This document shows, piece by piece, positions 1-13,361 of a stretch of DNA of 64,000 bases. Below the pieces are notes generated by a model that had not been told where the DNA came from, searched no databases, and saw nothing but the letters and a program-made list of their open reading frames with translations. The first letter of the stretch is position 1, and every line of letters begins with the position of its first letter. The stretch is from positions 124,615 to 188,614 of the forward strand of contig NC_068992.1 of NCBI RefSeq assembly GCF_001194135.2, read 5' to 3'. The translations under genes were made by a program, and so were the position numbers. Source of the DNA: Octopus bimaculoides. Taxonomy: Eukaryota.

Positions 1-46
1 TAGAAAAATAATAGATTTATAAGCCTTAAAATTCACCCCATAATTG

Positions 47-310
47 CCCACGGGCATATGGCGTAGTGGTTAAGAGCGCGGGCTACTAACCCCAAGGTTC
101 CGAGTTCGATTCACGGCAGCGACCTGATTAATAATAGTAATAATAATAATATAATAATAGTAACATCGTTATGAATGAGAACCCAGGTTCGAAATTTCCC
201 CAAGACCCCTGACAAAGGCTGGAGGGTATATCAGCCAAAACGTTGTGTTAACAACAAACAAGATGAGGACAAATATCCGTCAAATGTAAATAATGTAAAT
301 AATGTAAATA
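47..310 (+). mobile_element. tRNA-head SINE with hammerhead-like 3' module, copy 1
   Basis: A box TGGCGTAGTGG, B box GAGTTCGATTC, internal (AAT)n, degenerate hammerhead core 204-249, (AATGTAAAT)n tail. Confidence 0.85.
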
Positions 311-1149
311 GATAGATAGATTTAGATATAGATGGGTATATGGTTGTGTGATTAAGAAGCTTGCTTCCTAACCATGTGGTTTCAGATTCTATCCCATTTT
401 GTGGCACCTTGGACACCGTCTCCTATAACCATGGGTTGATCAAAGCATGGTATGTAGATTTGGTAGATAGGAACTGGGAGAAGCCCTTTGTGTGTGTGTG
501 TGTGTGTGTGTGTATTTATGCATATCTTTGCCTTGACACCATGTGTCACAGTTGTAAATGAGTTTCCCTGTCATACAGGCGATTTTTTCCATTCCCTGTC
601 ATCCATGAAAAACATGTCAAACTGTGGGAAAATAGTTAGTTACCGTGCCTGTAAGCAGGTGAATGAATTTTGGAAACAGAGAGGGTAATCTGCCTCCATA
701 AATTCTGTCTGACCCATGCAGGCATGAAAAAATGAACATTGAATGATGAGGACGACAGTGGTGATGATGATGATGGTGGTGATGATGGTATGGTGGTGAT
801 GGTAATGATGATGGTGGTGATGATGATGAAAGTGTCTTAAGATTTCTTGAAACAGCTCTGAATGCAACTTAAGAAAGCACAGAAGCTCACTACAAGAGCA
901 GCAGCAGCAGCAGCAGAAATAATAATAACTACAAGAAGGCATTATTCTTTCTCTTACTATTATTATTATTATTATCATTGTAGCATCGTTATTGTTGTAA
1001 TTATGATTATGATTATTATTATTATTATCATTGTAGCACTGTTGTTGTTGTTGTTATAATTATTATCATCATTGTAGCATCATTATTCTTGTTATTATTA
1101 TTATATCCCTATTGCTGTTATTATTATTATTATATCCTTATTGTTGTTG

Positions 1150-1181
<32 letters not shown>

Positions 1182-1203
1182 GTAGCATCATTATTATTGT
1201 TGA

Positions 1204-1249
<46 letters not shown>

Positions 1250-1250
1250 G

Positions 1251-1737
1251 AGTGAGAGAGCAGTGCATGCCATCAAAGTAAGACTAGGGTAAAATATATG
1301 AAGCCCAGTATACCCATCATGACTACCTGTCTAATAAGGGTACATCAGGCACATGCATCACAACCATATGTGCCGTGCGTGACATGGTAATCTTATATCA
1401 AGATAAACAGCGCATGACCTTTGAGGTGGGGCCCAGTTAGAACTTTCTACATGTCAAGTAGTCCATCCTACTCAAAAGGTCTCTGAATAAGAGTTGTTTA
1501 AGGATGTTGAACAAAACACCAATGTTTCCAAAAGTGAATTATCCAAACCCCAAAGAATTCCTCTCATCACATGGCTATGATGCTCATCCACTACCTCTGC
1601 TTGTGATTAGAGATGCACATATCGTCAGCCACCAAGGGACATGCTCAACTGGTTAAGGTCAAACAACTGACAAGCAAATCTGTGGTATTAAGCAGAATAT
1701 TTGCTGTAGCCTATCTTTTATACTAAGACAAAACAAT
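1251..1737. mobile_element. Unclassified ~490-bp interspersed repeat embedded in (TTA)n
   Basis: Complex non-coding block sharply bounded by (TTA)n on both sides; resembles a recurrent Octopus repeat as recalled, not verified. Confidence 0.55.
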
Positions 1738-1742
1738 TACTG

Positions 1743-1791
<49 letters not shown>

Positions 1792-2417
1792 TATTATTAT
1801 AGCATCCACAACAATGATGATAAACAAGTTACTTTTTAGGCATGAATATATATATTATTGTGTTTGCTATTTGCTGTTTCAAAGCCTTTTCTCACGGTAT
1901 GGCAGAAAATGTAGGAAAATAAAATGAAAGNNNNNNNNNNNNNNNNNNNNNNNNNNNNNNNNNNNNNNNNNNNNNNNNNNNNNNNNNNNNNNNNNNNNNN
2001 NNNNNNNNNNNNNNNNNNNNNNNNNNNNNNNNNNNNNNNNNNNNNNNNNNNNNNNNNNNNNNNNNNNNNNNNNNNNNNNNNNNNNNNNNNNNNNNNNNNN
2101 NNNNNNNNNNNNNNNNNNNNNNNNNNNNNNNNNNNNNNNNNNNNNNNNNNNNNNNNNNNNNNNNNNNNNNNNNNNNNNNNNNNNNNNNNNNNNNNNNNNN
2201 NNNNNNNNNNNNNNNNNNNNNNNNNNNNNNNNNNNNNNNNNNNNNNNNNNNNNNNNNNNNNNNNNNNNNNNNNNNNNNNNNNNNNNNNNNNNNNNNNNNN
2301 NNNNNNNNNNNNNNNNNNNNNNNNNNNNNNNNNNNNNNNNNNNNNNNNNNNNNNNNNNNNNNNNNNNNNNNNNNNNNNNNNNNNNNNNNNNNNNNNNNNN
2401 NNNNNNNNNNNNNNNNN

Positions 2418-2460
<43 letters not shown>

Positions 2461-2480
2461 GTGTGTGTGTATGTGTGTGC

Positions 2481-2521
<41 letters not shown>

Positions 2522-2834
2522 TAAGAAAATGGAGATATTGCAGTTAATAAGATTGTATTAACAAAAAATCAGCTCAGAAATATGATTTTAATAAGCTTAA
2601 TTGAAACAGCTGTAAGGGACAAGGGTTGATTTTTTGCTGATAATAAACTTCAATGTCTCCATTTTCTTATTATTCACACACAGACACACACATAAACACA
2701 CACACACACATGTATATAAATATACATATAAATATATATATATAAATATACATAAATAAGGTTATGAAGGGTATTGGATTCAACCAAACTCAAAGATACA
2801 GGTAATACATGTATGTACATATACATATATATAT

Positions 2835-2945
<111 letters not shown>

Positions 2946-3019
2946 CACACAAATGATTACACAATTTTGGTATGTATTTGCATACACACACACAGACACA
3001 CACACATATATATGTATCA

Positions 3020-3460
3020 TCATCATCGTCATCATCGGTGTTTAACGTCTGCTTTCCATGTTAGCATGGGTTGGACGATTTGACTGAGGACTGGTGAAAC
3101 TAGATGGCTACACCAGGCTCCAATCTTATTTGGCAGAGTTTCTACAGCTGGATGCCCTTCCTAACGCCAACCACTCCGAGAGTGTAGTAGGTACTTTTAC
3201 GTGCCACATGCACGAAGGCCAGTCAGGCAGCACTGGCAACGGCCACGCTCAAAATGGTGTATTTTACGTGCCACCCGCACAAGAGCCAGTTTGGCAGCAC
3301 TGGCAATGATCTCGCTCGAATGTCTTTACATGTGCCATCTGGCACAAGTGCCAGGAAGGCGATGCTGGGCACAGGTGCCATTGACGGTTTCACTTTTGCT
3401 TGCCCCAATAAGTCTTCGCAAGCCGAGTTTCGTTTCCAATGAAGAAGACGACGTTGGCAT
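3020..3460 (-). mobile_element. RTE-type LINE 3' end / RTE-tailed SINE
   Basis: GGATGCCCTTCCTAACGCCAACC core, (CAT)n tail, internal GTGCCAC repeats; sister copies at about 5570-5880, 21800-21975, 25825-25890, 26455-26720, 50350-50620 (-) and 41570-41820, 53670-53925 (+). Confidence 0.8.
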
Positions 3461-4361
3461 GGGTGTCATGCACACTGCACTATTTATCTGCTCTCACATA
3501 CACACACAGAGTTTAAGTGAATAAGCTATTCACTTTATGGTGTATGGTCATGTGTTAAGAGTTTCACATGAAAATATCAACAGTAATGTCCCTCGCTACT
3601 AATCCTGGAAGTTCATCATCAACAGTACTTCATGAACACGTTGTTGTTTCAGCCATTCAAATGCTCTTCTTGTCCATCTGGCTGGTTTTCCTCTTCTTCT
3701 TCCTCCTCCAGTAGTTTTTTTTTTTCCAACATGAACCAACTTCTACAGCTCCACATATTCACTTCATCCATCCTTCTACCTCACATTCAACCACACCTAA
3801 AACCTCTGTCCACCTTTTAACAACAAACCTTGCTAAACCACTGCACTCTAGCTCTCACACACAACTGGAAGTCCAATCTACAGACTGACCCAATGACAAA
3901 CTGATTTAGAATGTCTGGAAAGCCCTGGTCTGAGTGAAAAAGTAAACTTCTCATTGTCACCTCCGATATTATAGGAGAGAATTCAGCTCCCTTAACATCT
4001 AATGTTTCATTTTTTTTAGATATGACTAAAAGTTTTATTTACAGGAGCATTAAATCAGAAAGAAAGGAAGAGGAAAACACAGGGAAACTAAGCAGCAGAT
4101 AAGGGTAGAGACTAATGGGGTTACACACCCTGGAACAAATGGTGCACCCCTAGACATGAACACAATGGTATTGTCACAGTGAATGGTCAATGACACTTGC
4201 TGCAGCAGCCACCCCACCTTGCAAGACTCATTTCTCAGGTGGGCCACAGATATCCTAACTTTTCAGAGGAAATAGTCAGTGCGAGGTCCAAAAACACCTG
4301 AGGTCTCCATGGCAACCAACGCATTTGCATAGGGTTCTTGCTTTTTACAGAAAAGATGAAC

Positions 4362-4751
4362 GGGAGTGGCTGTGTGGTAAGTAGCTTGTTTACCAACCAC
4401 ATGGTTCTGGGTTCAGTCCCACTGCATGGCACCTTAGGCTAGTGTCTTCTACCATAGCCTCAGATCAACCAAAGCCTTGTGAGTGGATTTGGTAGACGGA
4501 AACTGAAAGAGGCCCGTCGTGTATATATATATGTGCTTGTGTGTCTGTGTTTGTCATCCTAACATCACTTTACAACCGATGCTGGTGTGTTTATGTCACC
4601 GTAACTTAGCAGTTTGGCAAAAAAGACAGATAGAATAAGTACTACGCTTACAAAGAATAAGTCGTGGAGTTGATTTGCTCGACTAAAAGCCAGTGCTCCA
4701 TCATGGCCACAGTCAAATGGCTGAAACAAGCAAAAGAATAAATGAAAGAAT
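4362..4751 (+). mobile_element. tRNA-derived SINE family A (CORE-like ggcaccttgggcaag, internal (TA)n(TG)n), full length
   Basis: GGAGTGGCTGTGTGGTAAG head, B-box-like GGTTCAGTCCC, tail ending GACTGAAACAA(TAAA)n; many homologues in window. Confidence 0.9.
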
Positions 4752-6594
4752 ACTTGTAATACCTATTTACAAATGAATGAACTGAACCAGTGGTAATTAA
4801 GTATCTTGGTGTGGACATTAATTAAATATGATCTTGTGACCTGTCCTTTAATAGCCCTTAACACTATATTGATTCAGCTAGCTGTGATTCTACATCACTG
4901 AGTATATATAACTCATGTATCAAAGATATTCTTCACTCTAAATAGTTTTATGTCTTAGATCAGCAGGCAGTTTGCTTATTTCTACAAAACCAGTTGCTGG
5001 ATGGCAGACTAAGAGGTTCTTGACATTAAGAGGGTGATATTTTTACAACTTAATTACCTCCACATTCTGCCAATTGTTTGCATATTTCTGTAAATGTAGT
5101 TTGCAAACATTTAGAATGTGAGCTTTTTGGTGTAAACCAGCTGAGTATGAGATGTAGCCATGTAAATACATTCATTTATTTAATGTTTGTATACTTGTGT
5201 GCATGCAATCATGTATGTAAGTATGCTTGTGTCTTTCTCTTCTATGGGGCGCCACCTTGTGGAATTTTGGTTGAATGAATTGATCCCTGTACTTTTTTTT
5301 TTAAACCTGGTACTCGGCTCAGTTTTTTTGCTGAACTGCTAAGTAATGAGGACATAAACACACCAACACCAGTTGTCAAGCAGTGGGGGTGGTGCAAATA
5401 TAGAAAGTGTGTGTGTGTGTGTGTGTGTGTTTTCCTCTGCTGAATCCACTCACAAAAGCCTGAGGCTATAGTAGAAAACATTTGCTCAAGGTGTCACACA
5501 TTGGAACTAAACCCAGGACCATGTGGTTGGGAGAGAGAGGCCAGTGGTATGCATTTGAATGATAGTGATCATCATCGTCTTCATCATAATCATTGTCATT
5601 TAATGACTGCTCTCCATGCTGGCCAGGGTTCGGTGGTTTGACTGAGGATTGGCAAGCCAGAAGGCTGTGCCAGGCTCCGGTCTGATCTGGCAAGGTTTCT
5701 ACAGCTGGCTGCCCTTCCTAATGCCAACCACTCTGAGGGTGTAGTGGGTGCTTTTTACGTGCCACTGGTATGAGGGACAGTCAGGCAGTACTAGCATCAA
5801 CCACGCTTGAGTGGTGCTTTTTACGTGCCACTGGCACGGTAGCCAGTCAGGCAGCACTGACAACGACCCAGCACTGGTGAGCATATATTGATTTCAAATT
5901 GTGGTAGAAGGCCAGCAATTTCAGGGGATGGAGTAAGTCAATTACATCAACCCCAGTACTCAACAGGTACTTATTTTATCAGCCCTGAAGAGATGAAAGT
6001 TGACTTTAGTGGAATTTGAACTCAGAACACAAAGACAGACAAAACACTGCTAAGCACCCCACCCAGTGTGCTAACGATTCTGCCTTGAATGAGTGTATAT
6101 TAAATACCATACAAGATAGATGTAGCATTCATTGGTTTTGAAAGTCATTTTAACTCCAGAAAGAACTGAACTCAGATCATCAAATTACTATATTTCAAAT
6201 TCCTCTGAAACATATAGCATATTTGGCTTTTTACCAAATGTGCCATTCTTTATTCTGTAATAAATGTATATATATATATATATACCCAAGTATCAATAAG
6301 TGCTTAAATGCACACAGTCAACTTAACATATGCTTGGCAAACTAGTTAAGGCATCAGATTACTGGCAAACAGAGAGGAATTTTAAATCTTGTTAATGGTT
6401 ATATGCTATGACCTTGGGCAAGGAACTCAACACTATCCTAGCCATAATTTTAAATTAGATAGCGCCTAGGACAGTAGTATACTTTCGTCTTGCCATTTCA
6501 ACTGGAAAATTAACAAGCAGTTTGCTACTCTGCATTCTTGAATGTTAGCCAAAACATTTGTGTGGATATGTGTGTGTGTTTGTGTTGGTATATC

Positions 6595-7385
6595 TTTTTA
6601 TTCTTTTATTCATTTCAGTCATTCGACTGCAGCCATGCTGGAGCACCACCTTTAATCGAGCAAATTAACCCCAGGACTTATTCTTTGTAAGCCTAGTACT
6701 TATTCTATCGGACTCTCGTTTGCCGAACGGCTAAGTTACGGGAACTTAAACACACCACCTTCGGTTGTCAAGTGATGGTGGGGTGGGGGACAAACACAGG
6801 CACACAAACATATACACACACACACATACACATATATATAAATATATACGATAGGCTTCTTTCAGTTTCCGTCTACCAAATCCACTCACAAGGCTTTGGT
6901 CGGCCTGAGGCTATAGTAGAAGACACTTGCCCAAGGTGTCACGTAGTGGGACTGAACCTGGAACTATGTGGCTGGTAAGCAAGCTACTTACCACACAGCC
7001 ACTCCTGCACCTATATATTTTTTATTTTTTGTCTTTAACTTGTTTTAGTCATTAGGTCATGGCCATGCTATAGCACTGCCTTGGAGAATTTTTATTTGAT
7101 TGGATCAACTCCAGTACTTTTTATTTTAAGCCAAATACTTATTCTATCAGTCTCTATTGCTGAACTACTAAGTTGTGGGGATGTAGACACTCCAACATTG
7201 ATTGTCAAGCAGTGGTGGGGGACAGACACAGACAGAAAGGCGTATGCACACACACACACACACACACATGATAGGCTTCTTTCAGTTTCTGTCTACCAAA
7301 TCCACTCTCAAGGCTGGCCTGAGGTGCAATGCAGTGGGAGAGAACTTGGAACCATGTGGTTGGGAAGCAAGCTTCTTACCACATG
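6595..7385 (-). mobile_element. Two tandem family A SINEs (6595-7010, 7035-7385)
   Basis: Reverse complements of 4362-4751. Confidence 0.85.
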
Positions 7386-7729
7386 TATGTATGTAAATGT
7401 GTGTGTCTGTATATGTATATATACATGCGTATGCATGTATATATCAATGCATTCAAACACACACACACACACACACACTCATCTGTCTCTATACTACTCT
7501 GCGTTAAATGAATAAATTATTAAGGCATTGTTTTAGAACTGGATGCTCTTCCTGTTGCTAAACCTTAACTGCTTTTTAAGTATGAGATTTTTTTCTGCAA
7601 CACATCTTGAAATGCATAAAGACAACAGATGACCCATTACTGTCTGTCGCAGATATATTTCTGGAGAGAAACGTAAATGCTATGTCACACACACACACGC
7701 ATACATACATATATACTTACGTATACATA

Positions 7730-8045
7730 ACTGGTACTCCGTTGGTCATGGCAAAGGTCTCGATCTAATCAACAGAACAGTCTGCTCATGAAATTAATGT
7801 GCAAGTGGCTGAGTATTCCACAGACATGTGTACCCTTAACATAGTTCTCTGAGAGATCTAGTGTAATACAGAAAGTGATAAAGCTGGCCCCTTCGAATTA
7901 CAGGTACAACTCAATTTTGCCAGCTGAGTCTGGAGCAACGTGAAATAAAGTGTCTAGCTCAAGGACACAATGTATTGCTGGGAATTGAACTCATGATTTT
8001 ATGATTGCGAACCAATTACTCTAACCACTTAGCCATGCACCTTCC
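7730..8045 (-). mobile_element. tRNA-derived SINE family C
   Basis: Reverse strand reads GAAGGTGCATGGCTAAGTGGTTAGAG..GAGTTCAATTCCC (A/B boxes), then GTCCTTGAGC CORE-like motif; related heads at 9915-10170 (+), 35695-35835 (-), 36495-36830 (-), 47833-47920 (+). Confidence 0.8.
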
Positions 8046-8312
8046 CACATACATAAAAAGGGAATACTGGTGGAATTTACCAGTGAAGACTCACTAAAAT
8101 GTAAGCACAACAGATCTGTTAGAATGATTTGGGATAGAAAAGAGAAACTGGGAAAGTTCCGAGGATGTGGAGGAGACTTCCTGGAAAAGTCCTAGGACTT
8201 CCAGGAAATTTCCAGGGAGAGAAGGAGGCTTCCTGGAAAAATTGGAGGAGTTTCTGGAAAGTTCAGAAAGGGACGAGGTTACCTGGAAAAGTATGTTCTT
8301 TTTAATATTCTA

Positions 8313-8674
8313 CACGGTGGCTTAAAAGTAGGTTTACTGTAGGCACTTTATATTCCTGTTGGAACATTACCTCAACTATTTGATATATTCTGTTGAGGTC
8401 ATTAAATAGCTGTTGAATAAGACTCCTTCTTGCTTTTGACTCTGTGGCCGAAAAGTAGGTTTAGAGTTATTACGTAGGCTCTTTAAATATCTTTTGAAAC
8501 ATTTTATTATATTCAAATTTCTATCTTACAAACTGAAAAGGGAGCTTGACTAAATTAACTAAATTAGCATAGAATAATGGTTTCATATGTTTTTACAATT
8601 AAGATCTAAACTGTTAATATATAAATGCAAAAGAGATAGTTGAATAACTGTAAACCTACTTTTGGGCCACCCTG
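8313..8674. mobile_element. Tc1/mariner MITE
   Basis: 28-bp TIRs CA(C/G)GGTGG(CT/CC)(T/C)AAAAGTAGGTTTAC(T/A)GT, TA on both sides (8311-12, 8675-76). Confidence 0.85.
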
Positions 8675-9747
8675 TATATCTGTATGTCTGTCATGTATCT
8701 GGATACACATTCTTCAAGTAAAGACAACTTAAATATTTCATTATGCAATAATTTTATCTGTGTCTCATACATACACTGTATAAATATATACCTGCACACA
8801 CAAACACACACAAACACACAACGGAAGTCGACTCTTCTATTCTAAATTCTAAAGAATTCAAAGCAGTTAATATAAAATTGATGAATCAGCAAGCCAAAGC
8901 GTATGCTATATTTTTGGCAGTCAGTGTACTGAGAAGAGATGGGGTAAAAAGCTTTAACGGATTAATAATAGTTATATAAGTCAGGTAAACATTATTTGTT
9001 TATCTCAGAATGAGACAAAGTCTGGGGAAACATTATGTTGCAGAAGAAGACGTTCATGTTTTCTTGAGATCGTTCTTTGAAGATATGAAAACAGTTAATG
9101 ACAGCTGGTGGAAGTACAGGATAAAATTTATTCTTTTATCTGTTTTCTTTCTGAAAATTTAGTTCTTTCTCTTCTCGAATTACATCCTGGAGTTATTTTT
9201 TTTATCAGTTCTATTTTTAACTTTATTTTCTGTTTGTATTTTTTAAGAAGTAAAAGAATAATTACATAAGATGAATGACATGCAATGTAGGTGAGATATT
9301 AATAATTTAGGGTACCACCTCTGGCTTGTTGTGCTATATATATATATGTATGTATGTATATATATAGATAGATAGATATCTATATATATATTCTTTTATT
9401 TGTTTCAGTAATTTGACTGTAGCCATGCTGGAGCATCGCCTTTAGTTGAGCAAATAGACTCCAGAACTTATTCTTTAAGCACAAGGCCTGAAATTTTGGG
9501 GGAGGGGGCCAGTCAATTAGATCGACCCCAGTATGCAACTGGTACTCAATTTATTGACCCTGAAAGGATGAAAGGCAAAGTCGACCTCGGTGGAATTTGA
9601 ACTCAGAACATGAAGACAGACGAAATACCACTAAGAATTTCGCCCAGCTTGCTGCCTTAATATGTGTTTTATTTGGCATCAAATATTGCATATAGGATAG
9701 GGTTGAGGTATATTTAAATTGAGCTCTTACTATATCACATTACTTAC

Positions 9748-9834
9748 CTTCCATTGGTGTTTGTGCACTGGGTTTATTGGCGAAAACTATATCAACATAT
9801 GATAGCTGCAGACGATCTAGTGATCCTTTCAAAC
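9748..9834 (-). CDS. KCNAB2: Kv-beta exon: (G)[28 protein letters not shown](E)
   Basis: 87 nt, cccacag/gtaagt; contains the Kv-beta Asn that replaces the AKR His (FAN). Also visible in ORF 9740..9976. Confidence 0.96.
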
Positions 9835-10368
9835 CTGTGGGAAAGGAAAGAATGACATTATTATTATTATTACTGTTATTATCATTTTCATTATTATTAT
9901 TAACATCATTATTAGTGATGGTGCACAGCTTAGTAATTAGGGTGTTGCATGTATGATCGCTAGATCGTGATTTCAATTCCTAGACCGGGTAGTTCGTTGT
10001 GTTTTTTCAGCAAAACACTTCATCATATGTCGCTTTATGATCACTTCAACACCTGATGCAGGTACACTTGTGCACCTGTTCAAATGTTGCTTCGATGGAG
10101 AGAGTGAACCAATGTGCAGCACAAACATTTGATCACAATAGACAAAGGATTTGTGCAGCTCATATGTCGTCTTTGATGGGAGAGTCTATCGTCATTATCA
10201 TCATCATTATTATTATTATTATTATTAGTAGTAGTAGTAAACCCCCACAAAATGGTAAACTCTTCTTGCAATATCTCCATCAAATACCCACTGGAAAATA
10301 AATTCTTCTTATTATTATTATTAATATTATTTAATAGCTGCCTAAAGACAGCCTGTTCTTGGATATTA

Positions 10369-10407
<39 letters not shown>

Positions 10408-10887
10408 GTATTATTCAATAACAGCCTAAAGACAACCTATTCTTGAGTATTACTATTATTATTCAATAACTGCCTAAAGTCAGCCTGTTCTTGGACAATG
10501 AGGGGGTTGACAACAACAAAAAAAAGATAAAATGTTTGCTTCACAAACTTTTATGAATTTATTTGCACCCATTACATCTTCACATTTAAACTGGCTATCA
10601 TATGTAATTATGCTTCAAGACTAAACCACAAAATGGCAAACAAATGAACAAAGGAAAGTAGTTTTGAGGAAAGGGCTAGTGGCAACAACAGCAATAACAT
10701 CTCTTACATGATTTCAAAGACTGCATTCGTAAGTCAAAGCTTCCTTTAATATTAAATGAATGAAAGGAATTCTTAAATCAATCAGTTACCAGAAAAAAAT
10801 GGAGGTGAGAGAATACTGTAAAACTGGACCACATTTCTTTGCCACCAGAGTTAATCCAGGAGAGAGAGAGAAGAGAAAAATGTCATA

Positions 10888-11116
10888 CAAGGGGGTACCG
10901 AAAAGTTGTTGTCTTTAAGGGTTTTGTGGAAGGTCTGGTTTGAGGCCCAAATTTCTGAGTTTTTTTACAGGACTTAAAAATACTGAAGGACTGCTGCAAT
11001 AAGCGTGTGAATCTGAGAAGAGGAGGGGATATGTTGAATAAAATCATAATTAACTGATCCTTGATCCTGCAGCATTTTCTTTTACTCAAAGCCAGGAACA
11101 TTTTAGCACTGCCTCG
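10888..11116 (+). mobile_element. Mariner deletion derivative (MITE)
   Basis: Imperfect TIRs CAAGGGGGTACCGAAAAGTT / AACATTTTAGCACTGCCTCG, TA TSD; retains transposase C-terminal remnant KRVNLR..G.YVE*. Confidence 0.75.
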
Positions 11117-11399
11117 TATATCTCTACTACTAAGAGGATGGAAGTAGATTAAATCTCTCGTGTCTTGTGGTACCAAAGGTTTTTCAGGAAAAAAACAGGA
11201 GAAATATTCTCAATAGAGAAAGAAAAAAGCTACGGGTACTATTTGAAGCAGATGTAACACTAAAGACAGCTAAAAACATGGGGCAAAGTTGTCAGTCATA
11301 GCTTTCACATCTGTGACCCTAGGTCAGGGTCACAGAAACACAAGAGTGACAATCAGGGACATTTGAAACAATATAGATCTGTGTTTAGTTGTTACTTTT

Positions 11400-12060
11400 T
11401 ACATTACTGTATGGGAGAGTGGTCAAAGCAGGATTAAACAAACGGTGACCTGTGGTCAGTGAGCATGAAAATGGATTCACAAATTCTGATGACACTCAAA
11501 AGATACAAAATCATACTAGAACTGAGCCCCATGGAAGGAACTGAAATAAAAGATATGAAATTAATGATACAGGGATACAGGGCAGAAAACCTGGTTGCAA
11601 TGTCTGTCTGAGTAAAATTAACCTCAGAATTGGATTACCAAAAGAACTGGAATGATTTAGAACAAAAAAAAAAAAAAGGAGATCAAGTGAAACAGAAAAG
11701 AAAACAGACTTCAGTTTCCAGACCATCTGAAGATGGCAAATGAAATACCTTGAAGAGCATTGTCAAGAATAGATGAGCAAAGATCTCATCTTACAGTGTC
11801 AACCTGTAATACCAAATCTTCATGGTGCAATGAGGCAAAATAATAATTACAGATGAAAATTTACCAACATCTGGTGAAAATATGAAAAGTAAAAAAAAGA
11901 AAAAGGAAGAAAATCACAGAAATAGAAGATCCAACATAAATCAAAATAAACAGGCAAGGAGGAGAAACAGGTTTTTCCAAACGACAACAAAATTCCATCT
12001 TGGGAAAATAATGAAAACAATGAAGAGATCATTTGAACTAAGATTCACCATTCTTTAGAA
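11400..12060 (+). mobile_element. Possible highly decayed LINE ORF2 fragment
   Basis: A-rich strand, broken frames with LINE-like snippets (e.g. TKSSWCNE); weak. Confidence 0.3.
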
Positions 12061-13172
12061 ATCAAATAATCAATTAGTAGCAAAATTATTACATCTCTGG
12101 TGATATGGTCTTTCTGAAGAAGTTAGAATACAACACATTAACAATTAGATTTAGAATATAAACAACATGCAAACGATAGATTATTTGTTAAATTAAAACT
12201 TAGCCATTCTACTAAGCTTAAAAGAGATTACCCTCAAGATGTTGATGTTTTTCAACACTAAATGTCATTAAAAATGCTCACTGGTACATTCAGTTGCACT
12301 CACACACAATGTGTAGAATGATAAAGTGAATAGGGAGCTCGTGGAGTACCCTAAATCAATTTAAGCAATATTCTTTCATGTTTTATAACCTTTAATTACA
12401 ATTCATTTCAATTACTATATGTAATTTTTTTCCATTCAAATGTATGCATGTATACACATATGCATGTGTATGTATGTCCGTGTGTTTGTACGTTTAAAAT
12501 CTTAATACATCATTCTACATATGCTATAACATCTTTCCCTTTCTCCATTCATATTTGTAAATGTGTTCCTCCCACATCACATTTTCTTTATCTCTTGCAT
12601 TTTTTGTTGTGTGTATACTAAATAATAGTGGGTCCAGTAGCTACAGCAGAGAGTCCCACTAAGGCAAATTTTCTGCAGTTTATGCTTAAAGTTCATATGT
12701 ACCTAGCATCAAATTTACCTACCATCCCTCCATGATTTTATAAAATGAATACCAGTTATATACCAAGGTTTAATCAACAACCAGAACTCGTCCTCACAAA
12801 TCTGTGTTCTTTTATTAAAGTAGAGTTAATCAATTTTATGGGGACAGTTTCAGCAAGTTGCAATTGTTATTTTTTTTCTTTCTGTTATTGTTTGCATTGT
12901 ATTTTGCTGTTGTTTTATGTATTGTTATATTATTTTTTAATGTTGTTGTTGTTCATACATCACTAAATTAGATTTTGTATTGTTTGATTAAATCAACTGT
13001 CTTTGATTCCAACCAGTAATCTTGGATCCCGATTTAATTTCCTGCTACTTTTTTTTAGGAAGCTTTCCATGTTTGCTTCTGCATGTATGTGTATGTATAT
13101 GTATGTGGGTATTTGCCTGGATGTGTGTTTCTAATTGTGTATCTAGTTAAATGACCATGCGAGTGTATGTAT

Positions 13173-13221
<49 letters not shown>

Positions 13222-13314
13222 CACATAAAGGCCTACGTGATTTAATTAAAAAATATTATGTCATAAGAATTATAAGATTGGTTTATAAAAAAAATAAAAG
13301 AAGCAGTTCTCTAC

Positions 13315-13361
13315 CTTCAATGATATGTTTACGAGAGAGGCCTTTCTCTGTTTCGGCACGA
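13315..13361 (-). CDS. KCNAB2: Kv-beta exon: (N)RAETEKGLSRKHIIE(G)
   Basis: 47 nt, ttttctccag/gtagag; GLSRKHIIEG motif. Confidence 0.95.

Noticed and set aside
52-125. tRNA-like sequence with A and B boxes
   Set aside because: No proper acceptor stem, and the same head recurs in five SINE copies; it is a SINE head, not a tRNA gene.
4088-4330. About 80-codon near-open frame with one stop
   Set aside because: No recognisable homology or splice support; probably an old repeat.
9010-9150. MRQSLGKHYVAEEDVHVFLRSFF, faintly like a mariner C-terminus
   Set aside because: Short, no TIR or further motifs.
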